Source: an uncultured virus (IMG/VR IMGVR_UViG_3300048547_000618) (lineage: Duplodnaviria > Heunggongvirae > Uroviricota > Caudoviricetes). Taken from it: a stretch of 64,000 nucleotides of DNA. Where the stretch lies: the IMG/VR virus record IMGVR_UViG_3300048547_000618. One strand, given 5' to 3'. Shown piece by piece: positions 31,101 through 38,500 of this stretch. The position numbers and the translations under genes were made by a program. The notes under the pieces are model-generated. The model did not search any database, was not told the origin of the DNA, and worked only from the letters and a program-made list of their open reading frames with translations. Within the stretch, counting starts at the first letter, position 1, and each line of letters starts with the position of its first letter.

Positions 31101-32742
31101 TACCTTTTGAGTTAAACGGCTGTAAAGGTGGTTCAACGTCAAGACGATTAAAGTTTGACAACTGTGAGGAGTCACGAATGTATGGAGATCTTCTGAGTTT
31201 TGCACCTGGGCGATAAGCAATAGCAAATCCGCCTTCAGGATAGTCAAAGTTGTCAACCTCAAAGTTCATATATGCAAAACCTTGAACATAGCAACCTGAT
31301 CCAACTTGAATACCGTTTGTTCTTTCCCAACCTGGCTTCTTACGAATAATAGTTGCGTACTGACCAGCTTCGGCAGTCATTGCACAATCATCAGGAAGCG
31401 AAATTGGTTCATCAACAAAGTAAACACCAGGTCCAACTGAAATGTGAACTGCGTTGTTAATATCGTTACGGTCGTATTTCCCACCTGCCTTTTCAAGCGC
31501 AATGTCTGCGGCTCTTTTAAGGTTTCTTACAGGCTGTAAAATTGTTCCTGGGTTGTTATCGTCACCACTTACAGAAGCATAAACTTTTAATGCGTTTTCT
31601 GTTGACTTGGAAATTTCATCATAATATTGACGATAAGTAATTTGTTCGGTTTCACCAGTCTTAGCATTTTTAATGGCGAAGTATGAGTCTTCGTCCATTT
31701 CAGGTTGCCATAATTTACGAAGATCCATATCAAAGTCAACAAGATCTGAATCTTCAATAGTTGAGTTTGAAACAATAGAGTCTTCAATCGTTGACTTAAT
31801 TTGGCCAAGACCGTCTGCTGTTGTACTTGAAATTCTTGCATTAGTAATATCAACATCGTTTAGCGCGCCTTCAAATGTTGTATTGGCAATCACTGAGTTT
31901 TGAATTAAACTTTGGTCAACAGTTGTATTGGTAAAGATGTTATTATTACCAGTACCATCACTAAAGTCTGATGTTGAAATTGCAGAATTAGAAATTGTAA
32001 GATCGGTAAAGACAATGTTACTGCCTGTGCCGTTTATCATATTTGAATTTTCAATGGTCGAGTTAGATATTGCAGTATCATAAACTGTACCATTTGCATA
32101 TTCTGAGTTTGTAATAACAACGTTATCTAAATCTGTATCGCGGATATCACTGTTTGAAATCAACGCGTCAGTCATTACAACGTTATCCAAAGTGATGGCA
32201 GTCATCGTAAGATTGTTTGCGGTACCACCTTCAATAGTAATGTTTTCGACTGTTGTGTTAGTAAAGACGTTGTTGTTACCAGTTCCGTCTGAGAAATCAG
32301 AACCTGTAATTGCAGACGCAGTCATAGTTATGTTATTTGCAGTACTGTTTATGATTTGCGAATTATCAATTGTAGAATATGTAAATACGTCGTTATTACC
32401 GGTACTATCATTAAATTCAGACGCGGTGATTATCATTGCATTGGCGGTTGCACCAATTATTGTAACATCAAATAATGTTGAATCGTTAATCGTACCGTCG
32501 TTAAATTCGTTGTCGTTCATGGTATTGTTATTCATGACGTTATTTGTCTGAATAGTACCTGAAATCGTGCCGCCTGTAATGTTTATCCTTGTAAACACTT
32601 CATATTGGATTGCTTCTACGAGTTCGTAACGAGTAATATTTTTTGTACCATCGTCACCTTGCACTAAGTTAACAATAACAAAAAGGTCTTCAGTTCTGGT
32701 ATTGGAGCCGGTAATTGGACCTAATTCTGAAATCTTTGACAT
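22117..32742 (-). CDS. Giant repeat-containing virion structural protein (3541 aa)
   Basis: N-terminal S/T/N/I-rich solenoid-like region, then a pectin-lyase-like start motif (GDDNNPGTILQPVRNLKRA...GPGVY). Has 12 KCxRD-type helical repeats (one degenerate) and 8 TPTxATYDPxTG...HTFV modules, typical of giant marine T4-like structural proteins. Confidence 0.8.
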   Translation of the reverse strand: MSKISELGPITGSNTRTEDLFVIVNLVQGDDGTKNITRYELVEAIQYEVFTRINITGGTISGTIQTNNVMNNNTMNDNEFNDGTINDSTLFDVTIIGATANAMIITASEFNDSTGNNDVFTYSTIDNSQIINSTANNITMTASAITGSDFSDGTGNNNVFTNTTVENITIEGGTANNLTMTAITLDNVVMTDALISNSDIRDTDLDNVVITNSEYANGTVYDTAISNSTIENSNMINGTGSNIVFTDLTISNSAISTSDFSDGTGNNNIFTNTTVDQSLIQNSVIANTTFEGALNDVDITNARISSTTADGLGQIKSTIEDSIVSNSTIEDSDLVDFDMDLRKLWQPEMDEDSYFAIKNAKTGETEQITYRQYYDEISKSTENALKVYASVSGDDNNPGTILQPVRNLKRAADIALEKAGGKYDRNDINNAVHISVGPGVYFVDEPISLPDDCAMTAEAGQYATIIRKKPGWERTNGIQVGSGCYVQGFAYMNFEVDNFDYPEGGFAIAYRPGAKLRRSPYIRDSSQLSNFNRLDVEPPLQPFNSKGTIADLGLQLIMEPGHSAEALFAEGDEVEFSNGATGFVSWTDDINSDRELYVRNIKPWGSVKAGMTFMTQQGSTGTIQTVGIDDFPNRLVGRGGGCLLADRRVVDPDSLYIYVLCFGFTPRTQNGMGYVARDGAGVNGIGSLSIFVRTAFYALNGGQMTLNNSGTQFGDISMRAKGTTNVVQPSSTSATLIGNTDFAQAIVDNKDAIIEDMVSYLNANTANGGLGYQGYDSMKCRRDTGIIIDNVGYDVALDTNYWGRLNGITYQSPISYVVVGEQLTETAGAIEHLQGDINYAFRNADASVNTRVDRSLDETINILNNGVENQSTLIFADTGVEARTNARELIQDNRDLIIKGMVDWIDNNDEFFAYDSNKCRRDIQEYILPATKWDMVLDTNYNSVTAGNAYYFKQAKVSIENQRDETVGSFKYLRDITDTLIDGNTALGSTRLYDKFNQVIDILDNKGDKFTPTNASYDGTTGEFVITIANHGLTVGRYITLMDNSFKFTCEADGNTVVKIHPTKADPAYRALLPITAVTANTITVNVGDGGGYKGAHTFVSAEKSSVSVLGTSITFSDDASISEDKRNARKLLQANREYIQDYMMTWAENEWYFYDSDKCQRDTSEYILPAVKRDMITGSTYNAIQAGFAYRTGTGKFLIDNQLSETIGAFSHLRDEVMEDLTDPVAEKHATDSFNTLIDIMQNSGRKYTITDATYDPVTGVQVLTLGEHDFETGDEFLMETGAVTFSCVNTATSDTVEIAHPRTTDPWHKTPITITGITDTTITANVGGAGGYTGVHTFVRGLLNGVQKQEPLNNAFTPTDSSYDPVTGITTFDFGASHDFIIGDTIMIDPMSVTYSCDNGNGVEEATYPRLTDPAYNVALTITAVTANTITVNTGDGNGYTGAHTFVGSKPNAIKKASFYTGAFTPIDATYSANTGQLDVKIGQHSLPVGRWIKIKGEGITFTCDHDNNLTEHAYPRRTDPAFKQIVRITDVSDEWITVNVGNGGAGYQYSANTAHTFVSALPHAIDTNVSYFTDAAKITDWLTPTTATYDPVTGDMVATVPNHGLTTNDHVEMKPLGMTFSCDPGTGGGVANDSNPRIGEPNYGKPLAVTAVTTNTFTFNVGSAGTYTGAHTFVSAEAGAIMKVSSTTEGRNAADQLRANKVFLQNEIGAYMEANYFIYNKDKCMRDTGYILNAVARDIATGSNVNSIYVGQGYRIGTVGANNVINNQLTETVGAITWLKNKIATEVLTDATAIARSNAAFDDIIDIMQNGNASSDPIDFGVQATELDAYHARVALQTNKQFIQEEVIGWLATNYPGFVYAYDACKRDLGVFIDTVSYDIQHGGNAATVNNTRLYFENAMPVLADDEIVPTSEAYNFIANLVGQVIRGENVIELTSNTAQVLTAEAAYTPTGATYDPVTGIMEVTIGSHTFAEGDRLSIDPAGITFSCAFNGGGQDSHPNVNDPNYKGTFIVTANTATTVTVNAGTAGTNTDAHTFVSATTDAVRAANMPEAYTPTDVFYDHMTGRMTMTLGNRHRFAAGDWLIFDEGAITLSCKDVNGITFNLAHPRPTDPVWNTPVYIDEVTADTVTCNVGAAGVDKVHTFVSATVNGVRRSIKPAVANRAVKMFEDIGQTLRNNDGEMVAVTEAIFTLPATYGVALIADADKVWGNKAKYQTEIIDHITEAYNGLGYDVSKCPRDAGYIVDAVAEDMEYGGNAATAWAAAYYFENAINVLPLYQRAPTKAAFEHLANVVEAIIQETTVTPTTGNVTVQNTSGTAASASTALTAKNLVNVISSIADDNSPVNVPAVTNAPLMEPSRTFARKALQKNREFIQEEVINFIDEQFFTINEGKCARDVGFIVDAVKRDVQTGSDYNSKYNGKAYRVGNPLAEKVIEEQLAETIESLKYAQRDLEAQLTGTALSRTTAAFNNVYDAMTNDYTADGTNYEYGDSWYTLGSVSTEQGMQFNRTFLQEEAIAWITQEYPSLVYDQAKCRRDTGFIVDALTWDLMNGSNTATRNVAKLYFENGVQVGLPASQRAEAAAWYNQMATLVEAILLKQTVTPTSGNAENVSQSFGTVTVAVAQEAEDLVKIIARAVAENTLINMPDEVEPRGLTGAGAAGYIVDVAIFDTRKPIIQAGVVNYLKENFNYLQYDQDKCRRDTGFIIDGISHDIQYGGNSATVGNAGLYFANAVSILPMKQRDATKLAFEHMAEVVRRVVRNEEVDIKTGQEFTPTNVVYDGVAGTMVITLGAGHDLKVDDYILFAPESIVLDCGASVEIAHPRVQDPAYQTPWRISARTATTITLSDLKANYAGAHTFVRASLNAISKVIGNTETQWKSYTPARRSIANEAKALAAMIADISDDATPVNLPQMIQPKLDWVPARLVAEKELIENNTVELSKDMINYISKTYNGISYAKEKCRRDVGGLVDAISHDVQYATNYATIRSSELYFVNGLSILPFDQRQQTADFYAEMGLLVQGIATANTATVPGMATPVAGGTAVEGEWAQDMITHIEEVIRRDTLDAMPELIEPDTSWVDNSLVWAADLIEENLDELADDVTTWINTNYDVLDYDKAKCYRDGNYLLDAISHDLNYGGNLASRWNADFYYWNNTARLPESQRLPTASAYKQLAEICRQVVLGDYPGQVIKGDVSTVEESKHAYELGLIFFNILFEDGPKRGLPPLEYPDFDYADVDTYSFARRILINRRKKLQYSVQGFIGKEYKFYDVNLTRRDAGNLLTSLKQDFEFVSNTINPSTQVLTTVEGSQQSIRTFAASLFDGNAMHVFPVFNPTSGKRGLNFIGTVQNTGDLPATDKINNAYIVSTTNYAAGNRYDGDIYYWNGTVWVNDGANNVDLLYSFYKAWERMNTYIKTNLSPNAATNTMLDGLFNDCLIATTLRPANLTFGALVESIAHQFNGASAGVNRTALPLNFRNLGAAISASASVIAEDGGRTRWSGADELNNQYFARGLRINGRTGRIEGRPFTSSVRKLARRASQSRASI

Positions 32743-32771
32743 TCGAGATTATCCTACTTTTCTTTTATTTT

Positions 32772-32779
32772 TATTTATA
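32772..32779 (-). promoter_or_regulatory. T4-type late promoter TATAAATA
   Basis: Exact consensus about 30 nt upstream of the 32742 start. Confidence 0.8.
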
Positions 32780-32817
32780 AAGGTACTTCGAACCTATTTA
32801 TCCGAAAAGCCTTTTTG

Positions 32818-33627
32818 TTATGATAAGGGAGGAAAAAGTGGTTGCTTGTTTTCGTCAGGGTGAATTTTCCTTCTTAAAAACCCAGAATAAAAATATCCTT
32901 GCGTTCTTGAACCTCTTTCAGCTAATTTTAATGCTAATGTTGTACCATTCGCATTTTTCGCCTCGTCTCTTAAAGCAATTGCAATTGGTATTTCATTTGC
33001 AAAACGAGAATTGTAAGGCGTAGGAATTTCTGTTATAGACTCAAGATCGTGTTCTAGGCTCAAGTGACCACACATTTGCTCATCAACAATCGTTAAGCTA
33101 TCATCGTCAGCAATACTAAAAATAACATTTGGATTTTCAACGCCGTCGGTTGCCGCCCCTTCATAAACTTTAAGAGTGACAAACTTATCTTGTGTTAAAT
33201 CATATATGAATTTAATACCACCGCGCAATGGAACATTTTCATCTGTAATGTGTGGAGAGTAATTCCACCTATCATAAAAAAAGATATCTTCTTGCCGTCT
33301 AAAAGTAACACCCCAGCACAGTTGAGTTTTATCACCTTCAAATGTCTTTGTATCAATAACAATCCTAGCACCTCTTGGCGCCGCGCATTGATTAATAAAA
33401 TTTCTAATAGTGGTTGTTAACGTAACACCATTATCTGTTAAAAATTTATGGAACATATCCACATTAGATCCAGCTGTTACATAGCCCCATGTTTTTTTAT
33501 CAACACCGTTAGTTTTTCTAACAATACACAAATAGCATGCGTCTTCAACATCGTCAGCAATAATAGTTGTAGTGTCGCCAACTACATCTTCAACCCATCT
33601 TCTTAAATAATTACTTGAATATGTCAT
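32818..33627 (-). CDS. Hypothetical protein (269 aa)
   Basis: Open frame with GGAG SD; no motif recognised. Confidence 0.65.
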   Translation of the reverse strand: MTYSSNYLRRWVEDVVGDTTTIIADDVEDACYLCIVRKTNGVDKKTWGYVTAGSNVDMFHKFLTDNGVTLTTTIRNFINQCAAPRGARIVIDTKTFEGDKTQLCWGVTFRRQEDIFFYDRWNYSPHITDENVPLRGGIKFIYDLTQDKFVTLKVYEGAATDGVENPNVIFSIADDDSLTIVDEQMCGHLSLEHDLESITEIPTPYNSRFANEIPIAIALRDEAKNANGTTLALKLAERGSRTQGYFYSGFLRRKIHPDENKQPLFPPLS

Positions 33628-33648
33628 TAAAAAAATTCTCCATAATGT

Positions 33649-34506
33649 TTAAGGGACATCATCTAGCGTCGCCAACGAACCTAAAATATGGTCAACATTC
33701 CCATCAAAATAAAATGTGTCGCCATCATAAGTTATCCCAACACGGCCTCTGGTTCCATTGCCTCCGGTGGAAAAGCTACCTGACCCGCCGCCTCCTTGGT
33801 TTCCACGAGCAAAGGTAATGACGCTATTATATTTGTATCTGTTATTATTGATATCCGGTGGATTTGGTGATCCACCTTCTAATAATGTACCGCCAGTTCC
33901 GCCAGTTCCGCCATACCCAAGATTATCACCTTTTCCACTGTCTTGATCGCCTCCTCCGCCGGCTCCGCCAGAACCAAAACCAGATCCGTTAGCCCCGTTA
34001 GTGTTTTGCGCAGTTACGCCTCCTCCAGTTCCAAAAACACTACCACCGCCAGCTGTACCTTGATAATTTGTTGAATCACCGTGTAAACCACCAGCGCCAC
34101 CAGCAGCTGTGCCACCAAAATTTGAATCTGTGTCCATTGAAAGATTAGATGCGTTTCCCGCAGCACCATTACCTACGTTATTAGAGCCACGCCCGCTTGA
34201 AGACCCAGCACCGCCGCCGCCACCACCGCCAACCATTTGAAAATTTACAAAAGTTCCCCAAACAGCACCGTAAAAGGCATTAAGGGATAAAGGAGTAGGG
34301 GGATCTTTAATGTTGCCAGATAATTGGTTATAAAGATCTGGGATGCGATAATTCCATGCAACCTCAGGAACGTATGCCCCTTGGCGATAATAATAACTTA
34401 ATTCAATGTCGCCGCCATCTCCACCGAACTCATCTTCGATGTCTTGTAGAGACATTGATGCGCTGTTATTCGTACCTGCATTAGGAAGGGTCGACCAGTC
34501 TACCAT
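33649..34506 (-). CDS. Glycine-rich fibre-tip adhesin-like protein (gp38-like, 285 aa)
   Basis: N-terminal SLQDIEDEFGG...LSYYYR...SLNAFYG motif followed by many poly-Gly segments; lies directly after an S74-bearing fibre gene. Confidence 0.65.
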   Translation of the reverse strand: MVDWSTLPNAGTNNSASMSLQDIEDEFGGDGGDIELSYYYRQGAYVPEVAWNYRIPDLYNQLSGNIKDPPTPLSLNAFYGAVWGTFVNFQMVGGGGGGGAGSSSGRGSNNVGNGAAGNASNLSMDTDSNFGGTAAGGAGGLHGDSTNYQGTAGGGSVFGTGGGVTAQNTNGANGSGFGSGGAGGGGDQDSGKGDNLGYGGTGGTGGTLLEGGSPNPPDINNNRYKYNSVITFARGNQGGGGSGSFSTGGNGTRGRVGITYDGDTFYFDGNVDHILGSLATLDDVP

Positions 34507-35317
34507 CTTTTAAATCCTTTACTTCAGCTTTTAATTCTTTAATCGCTTCGATTAAAAGCCCAACAATATTACCATATCTTACAGCTTTATATGTTTCTCC
34601 GTTTTCAGAATTAACGTCATAAACAACGCCCGGTAGTACTTTTTCTATTTCTTGTGCAATAACTCCGGTTGCAACTTCTCCGCTATCTTTATAGTTAAAT
34701 GTATACCCATTTATTTCATCCATTTTTTCTAATGGATTTTTAATCTTGATTATGTTATCTTTTAATCTTTCATCAGATGTGGAGTATTTAGTTATAACGT
34801 CATTCGTTGCAAAGACGTTATTCGCAGTAACGTCTCCAGTTGTTGAAAAACTTTCAGTCACATTTAGGTTTGGAACCGTAAGAGTACCAGTTGGAGTTAA
34901 CTGAAACTTTGACGCTCCTATTCCTGTATTAATAAGAAAGTTATTAGTATTGTTATCTTCAAATCCAATGTCCCACGATATTGTAGAATCAGTAAATCGT
35001 AAACTTGGTCCGTCGGCCGCATGAGTAAGAGTAGCGGTTACTTTTTCTGTTGGGGAAACTATATTAATTTCGCCTGCAATTCCAATAACTGCTCCTGCCG
35101 AATATGGTGCCAAACTATCTGTTTTCATTTGAGTATCAGCAATAATGTTAGCAGCAGTAAAGTCTCCTGCTAATGCAGCATCCCCTACAGTAGTATCACC
35201 TAATGCCGACGCCGTAACTACCGATGTTTGAAACAAGTCAACCATTTCGTTGGTTTTATCAAACCAATTTTGAAATGTTTGCGTGGTGTTTATTTGTACT
35301 AATCCAGGTTTTGCCAT
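34481..35317 (-). CDS. Short trimeric fibre (278 aa) with C-terminal S74 chaperone
   Basis: N-terminal TFQNWFDKTNE anchor motif; C-terminal SDERLKDN...GVIAQEIEKVLP...VRYGNIVGLLIEA. Confidence 0.85.
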   Translation of the reverse strand: MAKPGLVQINTTQTFQNWFDKTNEMVDLFQTSVVTASALGDTTVGDAALAGDFTAANIIADTQMKTDSLAPYSAGAVIGIAGEINIVSPTEKVTATLTHAADGPSLRFTDSTISWDIGFEDNNTNNFLINTGIGASKFQLTPTGTLTVPNLNVTESFSTTGDVTANNVFATNDVITKYSTSDERLKDNIIKIKNPLEKMDEINGYTFNYKDSGEVATGVIAQEIEKVLPGVVYDVNSENGETYKAVRYGNIVGLLIEAIKELKAEVKDLKDGRLVDPS

Positions 35318-35318
35318 A

Positions 35319-35501
35319 TTACCAATTCTCTGTTTTGTCTAACGTCTCACAAACGCGTGTAAGAGTTTGTTTAATTTCTGCAACTTCTTTTGATAGTGCA
35401 TCAACTTTTCTGTGTAAAGCTCTTTCTTGTTTATATTTATTAAGAGCAGTTACATCTGTATTTATGATTGCATTGGAGTGTTTATCACGTTGTAGCATCA
35501 T
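35319..35501 (-). CDS. Small coiled-coil protein (60 aa)
   Basis: RD..SNAIINTD...YK..R followed by a coiled coil; coupled to the upstream gene by a 4 nt overlap. Confidence 0.6.
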   Translation of the reverse strand: MMLQRDKHSNAIINTDVTALNKYKQERALHRKVDALSKEVAEIKQTLTRVCETLDKTENW

Positions 35502-38500
35502 GTTAGAGCAATCCCTCTATAGTCTGCGACATACGGTACTTGATATGTATTTGCAGACAAGAGATCAATCCTAACAGCAAATTTTCTAAATCCTAAAAAT
35601 TCGCCAAGCGTAGTAGAATACGTAAGCACTCCACTATCTAAATTAGTTGAAGGTACTCTGTAACTAAATTCTTTATAATCATCGATGTTTGCAGACGATG
35701 AAAATAAATTTAGACCTTCATACAATTCTAATTCAATCCAGTCAATTGATGATTCGTCCGTATAATCATGAGCATTAATAGGTCTAATGTAAACTTTAAT
35801 ATCTGTTCCATTTGGCCTATATCCTGTTAAGATTACGTTAAAATCTTCAGCGTCTAAGCTTTCTTTTAATTCTATAGTTTTTGAAATATATTTACAAGTC
35901 GTATCCGCTGCATTTGTGCTCTTATATTGATATGCAATTAATGAAGCAGTTTCTAAATCAATTATAGGTGTTGATGTTGAGTTGGCTTTATTTGCCATAT
36001 TAATTGTAAGATCAAACGGTTTTGTATTAAGAGTATCATTTGATTTACTATAAAGCAAATTACCTTTTTTATTGAAATAGTTGTTGTCTGCAAACTTCAT
36101 AGGAAGACTATAATTTTGTAGTGTATTTGCAGGATCGTTAAACTGGCCTGACAATGCGGTTGTTGTGATTGCATCATTAGATTTTAATATCATTGGTTGG
36201 ATATAACTAACGTTAATATTATCAACAGATTCAATGACCGCTGTTGCACGACTGTCTAGACCTTCAATTCCGCTAAGTGATGCATTTAATGTTACATCAA
36301 CACCCGCAAATTGTAATGTTGCGTCAGCAGTACTTTTTCTTAAATATAATACTTCGTCTGAAAAAATATTAAAGTAATTGATTGAGCCGTTAACACAAGG
36401 ATACATTGTTCCGCTTGTAACAACAAAAGGTAGCTTTTTATTTAAAGTAACTTGCGTTGCGCTGTCAACTGATGCAATTGTAAATATATCTCTAAGTGTG
36501 TTTGTGCTATCTTTAATAATAACAGACATCCCAGCTGCGTAAGTTTCGTTAAGCGCAGTGCCTGTTACAAAATTATTTCCAAGTACGCCGCTTACCGTTG
36601 CAATAGTAGCACCTGTTAATGCCTTCTCTTGATATACTTGTTCACCACTTTGGAAATCACCGTCACGAGTTGAAATACTAAAGAACTCAAGATCTTCAGG
36701 AGAAAGTGTTACCGAACCGGTTGAAGCATTAAAATCATGACGGTACAACGCAAATTTAATATCTTCATCTTGATAAGATTTCCAAGCACGATTATTTGTT
36801 GAAGTAAACAATACGCCATCACCCCAATCTTGAACTACCGCGGCCCCAACATTTCCTGGAGTAATATCAGTTCCTCCAACCTTTGATGTAAATACTAAAT
36901 AATTTGGATCGTTTGCATCAGGTTTAATCACAATAGCATATTCTTTTTCTACGTCAAGTCTAATTGGCGCTTCAAAGTCAATCGTCGTTGCGGCTGAAGC
37001 ATCGTCAGTTGCACTTACTTGCGAAGGTGTTAAGTGAACTTGTGAAAACGGTATAATATGCGCTGAAGGATATCCATTAACCACTTCTCTTAATTCAATG
37101 TTAACGCCATTTGTTGTACTTTTCTTTTTAAAGTATAAATCAACTTTTGAAGCAAATACTGATCCTGAGCCTTTTCCCATTCCTTGTTTGATAAAGAATG
37201 TTTGCGCTAAAGGATCTCCATTATCATTTCCTCTATCTCTTGGCTGCGGCCGTGCTCGTCTTGGGCCATTTCTTTCAGTTGTAGTTGTGTTAATATCAAA
37301 CGAAGGAATACGAACAGTACCTGTTAGGCTTGTTTTTTCAATATCGATATTAAATGCGTGATACATTAAAGAGCCGTAAGATGTGGATGCCGAACTAATA
37401 CTTGCATATTGACTTACGTCAACAACTTCTAATTCTCTATCACCAACAAAGAATGTTTCTGCAGGCACATTAAATACTGCTCTTAGTACTCCATTTGCGT
37501 CTGTTGTAACTTCTGCACCTTTTACGCCAAATCTTTCTACTTCTCTCGCCGTATCAACTTCTGTGCCCGGCATTACGTGCGCATCAACAGATATTCCATC
37601 AAAGAAGAAATAGTGCCTTGTGCTAGGCCGTAGACCTGACATATATACGTTAACATCACGTGATCTCATATATGGTTCAAAGTGAACATTAGAAACCATT
37701 TCGCCAGCATTAACGGTAGAAGTAGAACCTTCAGTCATAACTAAAGTGGATGTTTTAGTATTTGTTACAGTAGTTGGAAACCATTGCGCGGCATTACCAA
37801 TTTGTTTTTGGAATGTTGTTACTTCTGTACCAGTTAATGGTAAGAACTCTTGTAGGTTTTCTAAAAAGTTATTAAACGGTGCTGTAAGATCACTAACAAT
37901 GTTGATTGGATCGGCAACAGTATCGTGCACACTGTCATGATCTGGCGATAATCTTCCAACACCACTGTACTTATAAAAGTTACTTACAGCATTTCTAAAT
38001 CCTGTTGCAAACGTTTGAGATATTAAAGAAACATGAGAGTTTCTGCTCAATGTTGCAATTTCTGGGTTTGCAGTATCAGGAAAAATAGTTGCATTTGTAT
38101 TTGATTTTAATTTAAGATCCAACGGAAATGTACGCACAGCTGGCGCTAATATTTCTTTATCAAATGGCACTGATGAATTGAAGTTAGCATCTTCCAAGTT
38201 TGCAAGTTGAAGATCTTTGAATGGTTCAACTATATAACCATTTTTAAATCTTGTCAATCCATTTTCATCAAGGATGTTTAGATTTTGTACTTCTGTTTCT
38301 AACCTGTTGAGTAATACTTCATATTCCAAAGCTTGAATTTTGTTATCAATTCTTTGAATATCTTTCATAGTATAATTTTTAACGCCAGACGATTTTGCTG
38401 TAATTGCATAATGGTTTTTTCCTTGCTGTGCAGCTTCTCTAGGAGTTAAAGCTGGGAAACCCGGAATTGCAACAGTTGAAATAACTAGTTGGTTTGATTC

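Noticed and set aside
32818..33627. Possible ABBA prenyltransferase-like fold for the 269 aa ORF (LKVY motif)
   Set aside because: A single short motif is not enough support without a profile search.
730..35317. Diversity-generating retroelement or invertase shufflon acting on the fibres
   Set aside because: No reverse transcriptase or recombinase, no adenine-specific TR/VR pair and no inverted cassettes were seen in this window; they could lie elsewhere in the genome.
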